Of a stretch of 64,000 nt of DNA, positions 63,501-64,000 are shown piece by piece. This DNA comes from an uncultured Opitutales bacterium. Lineage in GTDB: Bacteria; Verrucomicrobiota; Verrucomicrobiia; Opitutales; T3Sed10-336. The stretch covers positions 6,297 through 70,296 of the forward strand of contig CAZYAN010000007.1 of the NCBI GenBank assembly GCA_964645585.1, written 5' to 3'. Made by a program: the position numbers and the translations under genes. The notes under the pieces are model-generated. The model had not been told where the DNA came from. It ran no database searches and worked only from the letters and a program-made list of their open reading frames with translations. The first letter of the stretch is position 1. Each line of letters starts with the position of its first letter.

Positions 63501-64000
63501 ATGAAGCGGACGTTGTTTCATTCGTTTCTCAGCCTTCTTCTGTTCACAGCCTCTCTGCTCTTCCTCTGGCTCGCCGACCTCGTGATGCTGGATGACAGGC
63601 TGGTTCCAGTGCTCGGGATCAAGCTGGCGGCGGAGGCCGGTGTCCTCACCGTCTTTCTCCTCGGATACGTGATGACACCGCGGCGCAAGGCGGCCCGCAA
63701 AACGGTTCCCTCAGGCGAGCTGAGAACGCCGCCGACTCGCCGGAAGCAAAAGAGGCCTTTGTCCCTCCACCGAGTCCTCTCTCCCACCGCGCGCATCGCC
63801 GCCGAACGCCCCGCGCACGGACGCCTCGCCGATCATCCCGACCGCTTGGCATTGACCGCTCCCGAATTCTTTCGGAAGCGCGCCCGACTGGAGAATCGCC
63901 CCTCGGAGCGCGATCGGTGGCTCGAGTCCATTGCCGACAAAAATCTCACGTGGCACGGGACCATCATTGAGATCGGCAAGCGCAAATCCGAATTGTGGCT
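63501..64000 (+). CDS. 5' part of a hypothetical membrane protein (open to the window end; not in the supplied ORF track).
   Basis: My own translation from ATG 63501 reads MKRTLFHSFLSLLLFTASLLFLWLADLVMLDDRLVPVLGIKLAAEAGVLTVFLLGYVM... with no stop up to position 64000. It has two hydrophobic helices and G/C-biased third codon positions. Confidence 0.4.
   Translation, partial: MKRTLFHSFLSLLLFTASLLFLWLADLVMLDDRLVPVLGIKLAAEAGVLTVFLLGYVMTPRRKAARKTVPSGELRTPPTRRKQKRPLSLHRVLSPTARIAAERPAHGRLADHPDRLALTAPEFFRKRARLENRPSERDRWLESIADKNLTWHGTIIEIGKRKSELW

Overview
GC-rich bacterial chromosomal window. The gene content suggests the PVC superphylum, most likely Verrucomicrobiota. This is an inference from a PVC-type heme-binding dehydrogenase, a DUF1080 protein, a TAT-signal Gfo/Idh/MocA oxidoreductase and giant PD40/Ig proteins. 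No search was run. The flanks (1-20.5 kb and 47.9-64 kb) are ordinary housekeeping: msrBA, panD, class V aminotransferase, topB, rph, Na+/solute symporter, SDR, cdaA, CBS, DUF2267, MTAP-like, tRNA-Val, ggt, lipB-lipA, then gltX, pgk, gap, FMN reductase, DUF3127, DUF1080, heme dehydrogenase, panE, recD and recB. The centre (20.7-47.5 kb) is the interesting part and lies entirely on the minus strand. It runs: small ribbon-helix-helix (RHH) protein, 1509-aa metzincin/Ig/beta-propeller protein, 1893-aa CARDB/PD40/Ig/beta-propeller protein, 1161-aa S8 subtilase/Ig protein, 2261-aa CARDB/PD40 protein with seven copies of an unassigned module, 62-aa lipoprotein with a Gly12 tract, then a TolC + membrane-fusion + FtsX/MacB-type permease + ATPase pump. 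Three of the four large proteins, plus the truncated ORF at the left window edge, end in the same ~105-120 aa C-terminal domain (N-[LI]-L-R-Y-A-[LF]-G ... S-x-[DN]-L-x-x-W ... R-F-[LI]-R-[LI]). I read this as a candidate sorting or secretion tag. A second, paralogous RHH gene is transcribed divergently from the first. I saw no integrase, transposase, CRISPR array or rRNA. Many long ORFs in the track are antisense shadow frames typical of GC-rich DNA and are rejected. All family assignments rest on motifs read by eye, with no HMM or BLAST support.
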